Assembly (NCBI GenBank): GCA_025201805.1
Contig: MU619265.1
Coordinates: 83,892 to 147,891, forward strand
Reading direction: 5' to 3'
DNA length: 64,000 nt
Source: Parasitella parasitica NRRL 2501
Taxonomy: Eukaryota > Fungi > Mucoromycota
Shown here: positions 14,185 to 25,357 of the stretch, piece by piece
Layout of the letters: the number at the start of each line of letters is the position of its first letter
Numbering within the stretch: the stretch's first letter is position 1
The notes under the pieces: model-generated
Told to the model about the DNA's origin: nothing
The model's database searches: none
Seen by the model: only the letters and a program-made list of their open reading frames with translations
Translations under genes and position numbers: made by a program

Positions 14185-15307
14185 ATGTCTACTGTAACCC
14201 AACAACAGCAAAATCAGCAGTCAGTAGCAGAGCTCAAGCCTGTACCAAGAAACAAAGCAAAGGAAACAGCTGTAGGGTTTGTTATTGGCGGTTTAGCAGC
14301 ATGTGGGGCTGTTACATTTACTAATCCTTGGGAGGTAAGATCGACACAAGACATCAGTCAACAATCACCTAAAGAGAAAAGGGGCAATTAGGTAGTGAAG
14401 ACTCGTCTCCAACTGCAAGGCGAATTGGTTCGAGCAGGCGCTCTTTCTGAAGCAGCTCGCCCTTATCACAACAGCTTCCAGGCTCTCAAAGTGGTTTTTC
14501 AACATGAAGGTATTCGAGGCGCCCAGCGAGGTCTCAGTGTTGCGTATTTTTATCAGATATGTCTAAACGGCAGTCGATTGGGCCTTTATGAGCCAGTGCA
14601 AACCAACATGATCAAAGCCTTGAATCTAAAATCAGAAGGTAGTATTTTGGCATCTGGCATATTTTCTGGGGCTTTGGCTGGTGTTGTCGGCGCAGTGCTC
14701 GGCTCCCCACTCTACCTAATCAAGACTCGCAGACAGTCATTCTCTCCTGTATTCAGGAACATTGGCCACCAACATGAGATGGGATCTGCATTGAGCGCAT
14801 TGCGACAAATTTATCGCTCTGAGGGTATCCGCGGTCTTTATCGTGGCGCAGACGCTGCAATGGTAAGAGCAGGTGTTGGATCAGCTGTGCAAATGCCTAC
14901 CTATATGATCGGTAAAGATATTCTGGTCAAGAAGTTTGGATTTCCCGATGCCCTTAGCACCCACTTTGCTACATCCATGTTTACTGGCGTGTTGGTTTGT
15001 TTGGCTATGAACCCATTTGATGTTATTTCGACCCGCATGTACAATCAGGGCGTAGATCCAGCCACCGGCAAGGGTATTTTGTACAAGAGTCCTGTGGATT
15101 GCTTTGTCAAACTGGTCAGAATAGAAGGTGTGCGTGGTCTTTATAAGGGATTTTTGGCTCATTATCTCCGTATTGGGTAAACGTTTTTCACAGCCTGTGC
15201 AACTACAAAAGTCTAATTTTTTTTTCTATATTCATAGGCCCCATACTACGCTTATGTTTGTGTTTATGGAGCAATTGAAAAATATTTACAAAAAGGAATT
15301 TGCGTAA
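14185..15307 (+). CDS. OAC1: Mitochondrial oxaloacetate/sulfate carrier (SLC25A34/35-like), 3 exons
   Basis: GGLAACGAVTFTNPWE/VVKTRLQLQGEL, YQICLNGSRLGLYEP, NPFDVISTRMYNQ, LRIG/PHTTL; three carrier signature motifs; stop at 15305-15307. Confidence 0.9.
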
Positions 15308-15710
15308 TGAATAGACGATGCAATTGTATGTATATTATAGAAACAAGGTTATGCTATATACCACACAAGAAAGCTTTTTTTTTTTTTTTTTCGGAAAATA
15401 TAATATTTTTTAATCAGTCCAAGATGCATACATTTATTAGCGTAAGAACGGTACTTTTGAAGCTTCGCTGTTTGGAGAAGAGTAATGCCTATCATATAAA
15501 ATATAAAAAATTCAGTTCAACAAGGAAAAAATACAGGCTATGTGCAGCAGATCATTAGAAAACCAACACATCCATAGCAAACTTGAACCAAACTAAATGA
15601 TGCATTTCCACTGACGGAATACAATACTCTTCCTCGTGGAAGTATTGAGCAATCAGACAATATTGGGTGGTAGCTACAGCCTATTTTTTGTAGCACACTA
15701 TTCAACAATA

Positions 15711-16596
15711 NNNNNNNNNNNNNNNNNNNNNNNNNNNNNNNNNNNNNNNNNNNNNNNNNNNNNNNNNNNNNNNNNNNNNNNNNNNNNNNNNNNNNNNNNN
15801 NNNNNNNNNNNNNNNNNNNNNNNNNNNNNNNNNNNNNNNNNNNNNNNNNNNNNNNNNNNNNNNNNNNNNNNNNNNNNNNNNNNNNNNNNNNNNNNNNNNN
15901 NNNNNNNNNNNNNNNNNNNNNNNNNNNNNNNNNNNNNNNNNNNNNNNNNNNNNNNNNNNNNNNNNNNNNNNNNNNNNNNNNNNNNNNNNNNNNNNNNNNN
16001 NNNNNNNNNNNNNNNNNNNNNNNNNNNNNNNNNNNNNNNNNNNNNNNNNNNNNNNNNNNNNNNNNNNNNNNNNNNNNNNNNNNNNNNNNNNNNNNNNNNN
16101 NNNNNNNNNNNNNNNNNNNNNNNNNNNNNNNNNNNNNNNNNNNNNNNNNNNNNNNNNNNNNNNNNNNNNNNNNNNNNNNNNNNNNNNNNNNNNNNNNNNN
16201 NNNNNNNNNNNNNNNNNNNNNNNNNNNNNNNNNNNNNNNNNNNNNNNNNNNNNNNNNNNNNNNNNNNNNNNNNNNNNNNNNNNNNNNNNNNNNNNNNNNN
16301 NNNNNNNNNNNNNNNNNNNNNNNNNNNNNNNNNNNNNNNNNNNNNNNNNNNNNNNNNNNNNNNNNNNNNNNNNNNNNNNNNNNNNNNNNNNNNNNNNNNN
16401 NNNNNNNNNNNNNNNNNNNNNNNNNNNNNNNNNNNNNNNNNNNNNNNNNNNNNNNNNNNNNNNNNNNNNNNNNNNNNNNNNNNNNNNNNNNNNNNNNNNN
16501 NNNNNNNNNNNNNNNNNNNNNNNNNNNNNNNNNNNNNNNNNNNNNNNNNNNNNNNNNNNNNNNNNNNNNNNNNNNNNNNNNNNNNNNNNNNNNNNN
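15711..16596. other. Assembly gap (N run)
   Basis: Run of n. Smaller gaps occur at 392-401, 35987-35996 and 55297-55466. Confidence 1.
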
Positions 16597-16928
16597 CCAT
16601 GGTTTGGCTAGTACCATGAGTTTCGTCTTCAACTAGTTAAAAAAAACTATAAATGCAAAACTATTATACTCCCCTTTTCTCTGAATCCATAAACGTAAGT
16701 TTTTCCATACCAATATGACCCATTTTTGATTGTTAATGTTGTAGCTTTCAATTGAATATGATATCAAGAAAAACCTGAATGTGAGAAAAGAAAAAAATAC
16801 ATCGTTGGTGGCGTGTTTTTTCTTTGTTAAATTTTAGTCATGTGACACACAGTAGGTCGGTCGGTGTGGGTCTGGCCATTACAAAAACCATCAGGTTATG
16901 CATGCTCTAGCTTCTGCAGGTTGCTATA

Positions 16929-18919
16929 ATGTCAGATTATTTCATTAAAACAAAACGCCCTATTTGGAACATTGATGATGCGTTTAGTTCATTCAAAGCA
17001 AAGTATCCAGACTTGACTGTAGAGCAGCAGCTGACAAGTTTCCATGACTTTTTGAAAAAGCAAGATGATCCTGTAGTGCAATCGTGGTTATTAAAGTGGA
17101 AATCGTTTTGCAAAAAGCCAGAAAAATCCAAGAAGATGCCACACAATCGAATTAATCTTGATATGAGAAGATCGGTTAATCAGAACGTTACAATAGGAAA
17201 CGTGAAAAACTACAACAACAAGAGTGAACTAGAAGACGATGTTGAGCGAGCACCCCAAATCAACAGGTAAAAGAAGTAAAAATACTAAATAAATCTCTAA
17301 TATCCTTTTTGTGATAGTGATAGTGAAGGCAATCGCAGCGACAAACCTTTTGATAATCTGTTTAGCGAAGACGAGGAGGCTGCAACTGTGGATAAGACTG
17401 ATGTAGATGATTTTAAAAGAGCAGTGTTTAAAGCTGGCTATCAATATGCAAGTGTTTTCACTTTCTAAATAGAGTATTTTACCAAATTCTGAACTATATT
17501 CTCTATATTTAGTTTAAAGAAGAATTATCGTTATCCACTATATCAAACCTCAACAAATTATTCAAAGGATTTAGTCCTACCACATTAGAGGGGTTCCTGG
17601 ACATGCTCTCGTATGAATTACTTAACAAAGAAATGAATATAAATGAGAAAAATACACTCAAGTAAGTTTATATATTCAAAACACATTGCTAATAATTGAT
17701 AGATCAATGCGTTTAGACTTTCATTGAGCCACATTATTTCTTTCGTTGGTCCTACTGCAGTAGTTTTCGAGACATTTTTCTCGAAACAAAATCTCACCGC
17801 CAAAAATTTGTTCGAAGAGGTAAAGGCCAAGGTACCTTTACTTCCTGTTGGAATGTCGGAAACAGCCAAGCAAATGATTGATGATATACTTGATGTAAGT
17901 TAAATTATTGATCAATTTATTAATTAATAAATAGCCTATTTTTTATTAAGACAAACATTCACAGGTTGATGGAAGCGAGCATTTATTAAGACAAACGATT
18001 AATGAAAAAAAAGGCAAAGTTGTTAGAAACAACATATGATGGTGAAGAGATGCAAGTCCTCGATATCATGGAGTTTATTGTCCAATGCACAAAAAGGAAG
18101 AGCTATAGACACACCAGCGAATTATCATGCTATCGTATGAGTGCCCATATTTTTGACCTCATATTGAATGACACATCTCTCCAGATGATCGAGTAAGTTT
18201 ATTGCAAAAGTAGCTCCTATATTTACTCCCTTTCGATGCTAATATCTATAATACCTTGTAATTAGTGGCGAAAACTGTTCTCAGGCAACGAAAACTGCTC
18301 AACAAGACAACCAAAGAATATGTTCTGATGATGATGATACTAAAAAGTTGATTGGAAGGAAAATCGATCTTATTATTGCTAAATATGGAGTCGAATTGAG
18401 CAGTAGTGAATGGAAGAAAAGTCAGACCACTCCCGCCACGATTGAGCAGCAGCGTGTAAAGAATTTTAGATCAAACTGTGCCATTTTGAACAAGATCTTG
18501 AATTTACCAATAAACGATGCTAGTGAAATTCATACGCTTGGAATGGACTGGCTTGGTAAGTTCGAAATTAGCCATTTGTGTATCAACATTTGTAATTCAC
18601 CTGCGCTATTCTAGGTATGGTTGGGTGTATGTACGCATTTGACACCTATGAAAATATTTTTTCGATTCATTATGCTGGTGATCTCGTTATACCGGAAAAC
18701 ATCGGTACTCTTTATCTTTTAAAAGAAACACTTGATCTATTATATTCGTTCAAACATCATCATGTAAATTTAAGCAGAAGCATTCAGTCTTCCGTAGAAA
18801 AATCAAAAATAGCTGATCAATTAAGAAAGCTACGCCCTGAACCAATTCGTACGAAGAGAGAGATCGGTCCAGTTGTTTTTTTCACACCCTCCAAACGTCA
18901 AAAGAAAACAACCAAATAA
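16929..18919 (+). CDS. Multi-exon uncharacterised protein with a C-terminal PD-(D/E)xK (restriction-endonuclease-like) motif
   Basis: Exons join through introns with gtaaaa/gtaagt donors and one GC donor. Motifs TSELSCY, GENCSQATK, GRKIDLII...VELSSSEWKK...QQRVKNFRSN, GMDWLG; basic C-terminus PSKRQKK. Confidence 0.6.
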
Positions 18920-19035
18920 ATAATATTATTTGCAAGGCTGTGCTGCGCATGTAAATATTGCACACTTTATGGCAGTTTATAGTATTCTAAATGAAAAGTT
19001 TTTATTGTTTGATCGAATCCTAGCAGTACAAATAT

Positions 19036-22000
19036 CTAATAGACTTCAAGAATATAAGATTCCTTCTCCTTCCACTCCTCAATAAGGGCAGAGGCTTCAT
19101 CAGCAGTGATACCACTATAATTGGTAAGACCGTGGACGACAGCATCCTTGACATCGGGAACAGGCCATGTAGGGCCACAGAGATAGAAATGGCCCTTTTG
19201 ATTCATCAAATAATCATTCAACATTTCAGCATCTTCCATCATCTTGTGTTGAATGTAGATTTTTTCCTTTTGGTCACGAGAGAAGGCAAGACCCATATGA
19301 GAGAGGACACCATCGGCATGGTAAGCTTCCAATTCTTCACCATACAGGTATTCCATGGAACGATGACGAGAACCAAAGTACAGAACAACGGGGCCCACCT
19401 TTTTACCGGCAGCCTTGGCCAAATAACGTTCTTGAATAAAGGCACGGAAGGGAGCCATACCAGTGCCAAGTCCAGCCATGATGACAGGTTGAGAATCAAG
19501 AGGAGGCAGCTTCATAACGGAGGGCTTGATAGATACAGTGACATTATCGCCAACCTTCAAGTTGGTCAAGTAGCGAGTACATTGGCCAAAACGCTTCTTG
19601 CCAGCTTTAGTGTCCCAGTCAACAGCGACGATCAGCAAATGAACAGCATTGTTGAACATCTTTTGAGATGAAGCAATAGAGTAGTGACGAGGCTTGATAG
19701 GAGCAATGATTTGAGCAAGCGACTCGACAGAAGGCTTGGCAGAAGTGAATTCGCGCAAGAGGTCTTCATAGGTAATGGTTTCATCGACACGGTTCTTGAA
19801 GTCTTCCTTGCCCTCAGGAGAGATCAAGAACAATAGGTGCTCCTTTTCCTTGGGATCCGTGGCAAAATCAGCGAGGGACTCGTAAAACTTCTTGGAGGGG
19901 CGACCAAAGATATCCAAAGTTTGGCTGAACAATTGGAACACAGTGCGCACTTGTTCGACACCCTTCTCAGTGTCCTTGACAGAAACAATATCATTGCCGT
20001 TCAGGCCATACCACTCCAAAAAGTCTTGCACGTCAGCATAGTCGTTATGGCCGTGAACACCAAGAGCATCGCCAAGCTCATACTTGAGGTTGGAATCAGT
20101 TGTGTCGAACTCGATATGGAACACATTACGGTCGTAAGAGTCAGGAGTCAAGCGACGGTTCTCACCAACCTTGATAACATAGGTGTTTTCGTGCAAATCA
20201 GGACGTACAGCAGCTTCAGTCTTGTATGCTTCATTGAACATCAGTTGCCAGGCTGCCTTGTGCCACTTGGCAGATTCAGCACCAGCACCTTCTTCATCCC
20301 CCAAAGTAGCATCAGACATCTCTCCGTCTTCTTCCTCGGGGCCAACAAGACGATCCAAAGGCAACGTTGGCAACACTTCGTCACTCAGTTCCAAGATGGT
20401 CCAAGGAGGCAGCAATTCTACGGGAGTTAGTTCGCTGGTAACAGCAGTAACGATATCAGCAGCTAGGCCAGCCAAGCTACGCTTGTTCTCTTCTTCTCCA
20501 GTCTGCTCAATCTCTTCGTAGAGCTCGCGAAGACGATCAGCAACCGAGGCAACCTTTTGGCCCAGAATCAAAAACACCGCTTCCCAAACAAAATGAGTAG
20601 ACTTGATGTTCAGACCAAGCTCTTGAGCAATACGAGCAGCATCGATCGTATAGAGTCGAGCATTGATAGCGGTCAAACCAAACTTGAACTCGTTGGACAG
20701 GACGCCTTCGATTTCATCGCCGTGCTTCCAAGGACCATGGAGAACAACAGTGGCGTTTTTGGCAGCATGAGCAAGGGTATTGTATTCACGGATAACACCA
20801 ATGTTATGGATGCCAATGTATTGATGGGGAGCAGTGGCAGTCGAGCCGTAAGCGAGGTGAGTACGAGAGACAGCACCGCCAACGCGATAGGCATCACGAG
20901 TGACGCGAGCAGTAACGGGAACGTTAGGATGAATAGCTTGAACGAGATGAGCATCGTGGATAGCAGCAGTGGCAGTTCCGTCTTGCTCAACATCCCAGAA
21001 AATAGCGCTCCAAGCCGCATCGCTCTTCTCCAGAGCAAGAGTTTCGTCAGACACAGACACAGTGAAGGGCTCAGCAGCAAGATTGATAAAGGTCTCATGT
21101 TCAGCCTCCTTGGCAAGAGAGGGGATGTGAGTAGCGTGAATATGGCTGAAATCTGTAGCCTGAGCACTGACCAAACGAGGACGTTGATCGCGGGCAATAG
21201 GCCCAAAGCGAATCGAAGCGGCAATGTCCAAATAGAGAGGGCCGTTGAAAGCATAGAGACCGGCACCCTCTTCTAGAACCACAACACGACGGGCAGACTT
21301 TGGCAGAGCAGCAATGAAATCGGCCTCGGACCAGGGACGGAAAGCACGGACGCTCAAAATGCCAACACTAGCATTCAGGTACGAAGCCGCACGAGAAACA
21401 GCTTGGTCAACAGAAGCAGTGGAAGCACTCAAGGTGACCAAAACGGTCTCAGCGTCAGCAACACCAGAGTATTCAAAAGGCTTGTAGTTGAATTGAGCGA
21501 GAACTTTCTTGGCAATTTGGTAAGACTCGTTGTATGCAATAGTGGCATCAGAGATGGTTGAACCAGCCAAATTGGCGAGTTGAGCATAAGATGTAAGATT
21601 GACCTTTTCAATGACCTTGGAGGCGGCGACACCGTTGAAAAAGTGAATCACAGGCAAGCCCACAGAGCGAGCAAGCAAATGAGCAACGATAGCAATATCA
21701 TGAGCTTCTTGAGCATTGGCAGAAGACAATAGAATGGCGCCTGTGTTGCGGGCAGCAAGGACAGCTTCGACGTTGGCAGAGGCAACTAAATCTTGGTCAA
21801 TGGATTGAGCAGCAACATGGAAGACTACAGGTTGACGGTCAACAGCCAAAGCATGCAAGTTGGGGATCATAGAAAGCAAAGCTTGCGAAGAAGCCAATAC
21901 AGACAGATTCTTGCCCTCAGAATCAGCAAGAGCACCTTGGACGGCTTGAAGAGCACCAGCACGAGTCTCCATCTCAACAACCTTGACAAGTTCACCATTA

Positions 22001-22407
22001 GCATTACGAACAGAGTCAGTCCAAGCAGACAATTCTTGTCCGAGATATCCGGAAGCGAAGCCAGGATAAACAAAGACAATATCAGAGAGGCCATAGGTGA
22101 CATAATCAACAGCATGATTAGCATCTACAAGACACACTTGAGAATCATCAGATGAGGCAGTCAGAAGGGATTTGATGGCATTCTTGACTCTGGATTGTAA
22201 CAGAATAGAGGCATCTTCATCAACAATGGTTGTTTGACTTTCAGTGGTAGAGGCAGCATCAATCTCTTTCTTTAATTCGGCTGTCACTGCTTGCACAAGA
22301 TCAGGGGAAATGTCAATTTTGGTATTGATGTTGTGAATGTTGGTATTGTTTGTAGGAAATGCCTTGCTCTTGACAAGCGATGCAACCAAAGCAACTGAAG
22401 CAAACAT
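19036..22407 (-). CDS. MET10: Sulfite reductase [NADPH] flavoprotein alpha subunit
   Basis: Intronless 1123-aa ORF. PFOR-like N-terminus (EMETRAGA, PFEYSG) plus FAD/NADP modules (RRLTPDSYDRNVFHIEFD, PRHYSIASS, MAGLGTGMAPFRAF, FYLCGPTWPVPDV, YILEVY). Confidence 0.95.
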   Translation of the reverse strand: MFASVALVASLVKSKAFPTNNTNIHNINTKIDISPDLVQAVTAELKKEIDAASTTESQTTIVDEDASILLQSRVKNAIKSLLTASSDDSQVCLVDANHAVDYVTYGLSDIVFVYPGFASGYLGQELSAWTDSVRNANGELVKVVEMETRAGALQAVQGALADSEGKNLSVLASSQALLSMIPNLHALAVDRQPVVFHVAAQSIDQDLVASANVEAVLAARNTGAILLSSANAQEAHDIAIVAHLLARSVGLPVIHFFNGVAASKVIEKVNLTSYAQLANLAGSTISDATIAYNESYQIAKKVLAQFNYKPFEYSGVADAETVLVTLSASTASVDQAVSRAASYLNASVGILSVRAFRPWSEADFIAALPKSARRVVVLEEGAGLYAFNGPLYLDIAASIRFGPIARDQRPRLVSAQATDFSHIHATHIPSLAKEAEHETFINLAAEPFTVSVSDETLALEKSDAAWSAIFWDVEQDGTATAAIHDAHLVQAIHPNVPVTARVTRDAYRVGGAVSRTHLAYGSTATAPHQYIGIHNIGVIREYNTLAHAAKNATVVLHGPWKHGDEIEGVLSNEFKFGLTAINARLYTIDAARIAQELGLNIKSTHFVWEAVFLILGQKVASVADRLRELYEEIEQTGEEENKRSLAGLAADIVTAVTSELTPVELLPPWTILELSDEVLPTLPLDRLVGPEEEDGEMSDATLGDEEGAGAESAKWHKAAWQLMFNEAYKTEAAVRPDLHENTYVIKVGENRRLTPDSYDRNVFHIEFDTTDSNLKYELGDALGVHGHNDYADVQDFLEWYGLNGNDIVSVKDTEKGVEQVRTVFQLFSQTLDIFGRPSKKFYESLADFATDPKEKEHLLFLISPEGKEDFKNRVDETITYEDLLREFTSAKPSVESLAQIIAPIKPRHYSIASSQKMFNNAVHLLIVAVDWDTKAGKKRFGQCTRYLTNLKVGDNVTVSIKPSVMKLPPLDSQPVIMAGLGTGMAPFRAFIQERYLAKAAGKKVGPVVLYFGSRHRSMEYLYGEELEAYHADGVLSHMGLAFSRDQKEKIYIQHKMMEDAEMLNDYLMNQKGHFYLCGPTWPVPDVKDAVVHGLTNYSGITADEASALIEEWKEKESYILEVY

Positions 22408-22583
22408 CTTTATTTTTATTTTATTGTTTTTAAAAAAAAAAAAGATAAGTGGAAGAAAAAAAAAAGAAGTTTGACCAAAACGATGGAGATGTGAAATGTC
22501 TTCCTAATCGAGAAAATATTTAATTCGAGAAATTGCAAATGGGCACGCCATTGAGCAGAAACTACCCATTCACAGTAAACAGA

Positions 22584-22595
22584 AATTGCGCAATT
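22584..22595. promoter_or_regulatory. Palindromic bZIP-type site AATTGCGCAATT about 180 bp upstream of MET10
   Basis: Perfect 12-bp palindrome, close to the Neurospora CYS-3 site ATGRYRYCAT. Confidence 0.4.
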
Positions 22596-23626
22596 AGTTC
22601 TCAGTCGTTGCTCATATTCTCGCATTTCAGGTGCAAATTTGTAGATGTTTTAGAATGATTGGTTTAGAATATTCTCCACAAAAAACGATCCTGGATGAGA
22701 CCATCCAGTATACAAGCCAAGTCTGATCTCATGTAATAACGCACCAGATCCTGTCCTATTAAATATTTTCGTACAATGAAAATACAAGCATCTGGTAGGC
22801 TTTCTCTTGAAGCTGTTCCTTCATCTTAAAGAGACATTATCTTGAGTCAAGCAATTCCCTTTTGCTTCAAAGATTTCAGGCTCTTATTTTGTATATTATC
22901 TACCGTTTTTATCATCAGTGAATAATTGAGCTATGTTATATAAATCTACTACAAGAAACAAAACTGTAAAATGAAACGTGTTTTTGCGTAACATAATGCG
23001 GTCTTTTTTCTTTTGGACATTAGTTGAATGTTTGTTAGATATTAATGAGCGTCGACAAATTTCTAGTCAAGATGGCCATGCTCTTGAGTTTATACACTAC
23101 AGAATACCGTATAGAAATCTTACTAGTGATCTCAGAGTATGTAATCGTTGTTTCTTAAACAATCACAATGCGCTGATTAACTGGAAAAATTGGCTTGTGA
23201 GCCATAAAAGGCATTCATCAGTTGCAGAAAAAATTTGGCATAATATGCGATATGACATATTAGTTAAACAAATACCGTATTGGCTATTTCTTGATTATAT
23301 GCTCCCTGATGTTTCGTCTCGAGAGAAGCTAGAGATAGCTAAGCATTCAAAAAATGTTCCAGAAATCTAGTAGATGATTTGGTGATATGTACAATATCCA
23401 AACATTCAGGGAGAAAGTGATGAAAATCAACAACGATCACCTGCAGCTTCGCATTATCAAATGATGACCTCACAATGAATGTACAAAATAGTAATATTGC
23501 ATCTGCAATAAGCTTGGGAATAATGCTACCACACATACTTGTAATTTTATTTTATCGAAAACATGTAATCAGCACCATTCATTCAAGCAATGCAATAATT
23601 TTGCCACCATATTCATATAATTTGTG

Positions 23627-24428
23627 TCAATTGTAGGTACGTTTTGTCGAGATATTTCGATAGCCCAACAATGGCTCTTCCTCCGCTTTTTTGTCTTTAA
23701 TTTGCTGTATTGTTAGCCTATATAGCCAGATACCAGCACATACAAGGGTGATCAAACCTATGCCAAGACTGATCATGGTATATCGATGTGCCTCTGGTGG
23801 TAAATTTGGGTTATTCAAACTTGCCAATTGTGATCCTATCCAAACTGTCGAGGTTAGCTTGAATGATCCAATGCACGCTGCTATGCAGTAGACTTTGAAG
23901 CTGATATGGTCATTTATAGATAGCATTATACTTGTTAGATGCCATGGAATAGGACTCAAACGGATTAGTAAGACCATTCTAATTCCACCATTCTGAATAG
24001 CACTAGATATGGCAGAGTATCTCTTCCCAGCTTTGATCCAGTCGCTTAAATGTAGTATTCTTATCAATGCGAATGTGATTGATGCACCAGAAAACGCACC
24101 TAGTGTTGCTGGTAGTAAACCAAAAGGAAAGCCAAAGACGTATCCGCACATTGTGACAGACAATGCAAACCCCATCAACGGAGGTATACTGGTTAAAGAA
24201 ACAATAGCTGTCATCAGGACAGAGCTATATGGCGTAGATCTCATTTGGATGGCTAAATTCTGAATGCCTACACTTGTCATATAAGATAACCAAAACATTT
24301 AATACAAACAAAACCAACATGCCTTCAAGTATTTCGGTTCTGTAGTTTTTATAAACATAAGTGACAAGTGCGATCTTGCAAATGACAAATACTACAACAC
24401 ATAGTGTTCGTTTACTTGCTTTATACAT
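23627..24428 (-). CDS. VTT/DedA (SNARE-associated, Tvp38/TMEM64-like) membrane protein, 2 exons with a GC-AG intron
   Basis: SIPPLMGF, CGYVFGF, LLIRLSPIPW motifs. Intron 24268-24322 (GCATGT...TAG) restores one 248-aa frame. Confidence 0.85.
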
Positions 24429-25142
24429 AATTTTTAGCAGATAAGCAAGTGTGTACAGTTAAAAGGGAATAGCAGAGAAAATAAAAGAAGGCAAAAACAT
24501 AATGCAGATCTCTTTAAATAGGCAGGCAAATAATGCAAACAAGCAGGAATATCTATATTTACTAGGCATGCACAATGTACGTTTTTTCTTTTTACTATTT
24601 CGATAATGCAGCTGGGTTACTCTCGCATTCTTTAGATTTGCCTTGTTGACTAAAATTGTGAATGTGACGATTGCCAAGATGATAGACCTGGCAACAATGG
24701 CCTGATTTCAACGCCTTGGGGTTAGACATAAGGCTAATTGTGATCCAGGCTATATACACATTGGTATTGATCTAAATAAAAATATCTACATGTTATATCG
24801 GTGCGTAATATTCACTTTATCCTACAGCGCTAACAATACATTTGCTATTCGCCAAAAGTAGCTCGGAATATTAACATTGATGCATAGAAAGCTTCCGTTT
24901 AAACCAGCCCAGCAAAATCCGATATACTCGATTCGTTCACTGAACTCTATCAAGTTGACTAATGTAGTTTTTTTTCACATTGTTGGGCAACTGAAGTAGC
25001 CGTCAGTCTAAAACAATGCTGGCTATTTCTCATGGCCATTCTATGAGGATCAAAATTGTCTTGATTTAGGACGAGTCGCTTCATAATAATCTAAAGTGAT
25101 AGATGTTTTGTTGTTGTTGTAATATTATAGAAATAATTGTAT

Positions 25143-25147
<5 letters not shown>

Positions 25148-25176
<29 letters not shown>
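25148..25176. repeat. (CT)n microsatellite
   Basis: Dinucleotide run seen directly. Confidence 0.9.
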
Positions 25177-25178
<2 letters not shown>

Positions 25179-25357
25179 AGGCAGTACGTTGTTTGTGCAG
25201 AGCAGACATATCCGAAATAAGAGCTTTTGCGAAACAGATACAGTCCATAACAAGCAAGCACCGATTGGCTGTATCCAAGCACATTTTTCAGATTTCATGG
25301 CACGCTGGTACTCTTTTAACAACTTGGCTTTTTTTCTTTGCAACATATATTAAAAAG

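Noticed and set aside
15538-16632. ORFs of 300-364 aa spanning the N gap (also 55203-55496)
   Set aside because: Artefacts of translating Ns.
19132-22155. Long plus-strand ORFs (up to 239 aa) opposite MET10
   Set aside because: Antisense shadows of a codon-biased gene; no recognisable motifs.
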